Position numbers and translations under genes: made by a program. A stretch of DNA of 64,000 nt from an uncultured virus (IMG/VR IMGVR_UViG_3300049581_000068) (Duplodnaviria > Heunggongvirae > Uroviricota > Caudoviricetes), in the IMG/VR virus record IMGVR_UViG_3300049581_000068; one strand, written 5' to 3'. The notes beneath the pieces were generated by a model. It was given only the letters and a program-made list of their open reading frames with translations, searched no databases and was not told the DNA's origin. Shown piece after piece: positions 63,079-64,000 of the stretch (positions are counted from its first letter, which is position 1; every line of letters begins with the position of its first letter).

Positions 63079-63543
63079 ATGAAACGCAACGTCAATCGTA
63101 TTGTCGCACTTATCCTCACGGGATGGTTTCTCGCCGCTTCACTGATCACAGCGCAACGCGCGCAAGCACTTCCACTCGATCAAGTCGTCAACACGATTCG
63201 CGACTCCGGAGGACGCTACGTGCGCGCCGGTGCCGCCCTCACGGGTGCTGATTGCAGCGGAATCGTCTCGGTCGCACAATCGCTGGCGATGGGAGTGCCG
63301 ATTCATCGCTTCGGAAACACAACCTCACTGCTGAATGGTCAATGGCCGCACATGATCCGCGGCGCGGTGCCTGAAGATCGATTCGTCGTCGGCAGCAGCT
63401 CGACGCACATGGTTGTCCGTATCGACGGTGTCGGAATCGAAGCAACCACGTCCGGCCGACCCTATGTCATCGGCCCCGGCGCCAAGTCACCGTGGTCGAT
63501 GCCGACGCAATGGCATCTCGATCCGAAAGTCATTCGGACATAA
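63079..63543 (+). CDS. Secreted NlpC/P60-like peptidase
   Basis: Signal peptide ending AQA; Y...G...ADCSGIVS; THMVV. Confidence 0.8.
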   Translation: MKRNVNRIVALILTGWFLAASLITAQRAQALPLDQVVNTIRDSGGRYVRAGAALTGADCSGIVSVAQSLAMGVPIHRFGNTTSLLNGQWPHMIRGAVPEDRFVVGSSSTHMVVRIDGVGIEATTSGRPYVIGPGAKSPWSMPTQWHLDPKVIRT

Positions 63544-63835
63544 GCCGGTCTGAGTATTCGCTTGCGCCACCGGGCGCAGGCTCTAAGACATGTCGATCTA
63601 CGGCTTTCGCCAAACACCGCTCAGCAGGCCAATCGGGGGGAAACTCAAACGGGCCGTTAGTCGAGCACTGCGGCTCTTCCCAGCATCCGTTCCGGCACAT
63701 CGCGCCGTCGATCCTGCCTGCCCAGTAGTAGGGACATGTCAGCATGGCGATGGTGTAGCCGCGGTCGTCGGCGGATTCAGCTTCATCGTTGAGCGGGTTT
63801 CCCCACTCGTCCCAAACAGGCCGACCAGCGGTCAT
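63530..63835 (-). CDS. Hypothetical Cys-containing protein
   Basis: ORF convergent with the NlpC/P60 gene. Confidence 0.5.
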   Translation of the reverse strand: MTAGRPVWDEWGNPLNDEAESADDRGYTIAMLTCPYYWAGRIDGAMCRNGCWEEPQCSTNGPFEFPPDWPAERCLAKAVDRHVLEPAPGGASEYSDRLMSE

Positions 63836-64000
63836 TCTGAATGCAGCGTCTTGTTGGTGAGCGTTTCAACGTTCCCGGTGAGGGTGAGGATTCCATTGCC
63901 GCGGGTGTCGAGAATGGTGGGCTGCAATACCCATTCCTCGGAGCCGTAGTCGCACGACGGGCAGCCCGGCGTCAACCGGCGAACGAAGACGTGCCCTTCG

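Larger units (their letters stand above)
1..64000 (-). mobile_element. Tailed actinobacteriophage (siphovirus-type, probable Mycobacteriales host), partial genome
   Basis: Syntenic terminase-portal-protease-capsid-tail-tape measure-lysis module, phage replication genes, dense ATGA-coupled small ORFs, no host housekeeping genes. Confidence 0.97.

Overview
The whole window is phage DNA: most of the genome of a long-tailed (siphovirus-type) actinobacteriophage, given largely on the minus strand. Lysin B, the GH19/amidase Lysin A, WhiB and the Rpf-bearing tape measure point to a Mycobacteriales host. Reading in genome sense (right to left): a divergent WhiB and secreted NlpC/P60 cassette; HNH; small and large terminase; portal; HK97 protease and capsid; head-tail genes; major tail; a 2.1-kb oppositely oriented Xre/MmcB-like cassette inserted in the tail operon; tail assembly chaperones; tape measure; minor tails; a 2376-aa repeat-built fibre with a beta-helix domain; a lysis cassette; a replication/nucleotide module (Cas4-like nuclease, papain-like protease, SSB, MazG-like, ThyX, primase-polymerase/helicase, candidate origin, EndoVII, NrdH); and a compositionally distinct ~4.8-kb block of tiny genes (1-4770). 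No integrase, separate DNA polymerase, tRNA, CRISPR array or reverse transcriptase was recognised. The most notable unexplained structure is: (i) the 1-4770 block, which has strong SigA promoters, avoids GGCC/GATC, and joins its genes with a shared 12-bp stop/start junction; (ii) a 17-bp YGTCA-N7-(T/A)GAC(A/G) pseudo-palindrome at about 10 mostly promoter-associated sites; (iii) an 11-bp CTGACAGAAGG junction repeat delimiting small-gene cassettes; (iv) several long-stem structured RNA candidates. All protein calls come from motif recognition by eye, not database searches.
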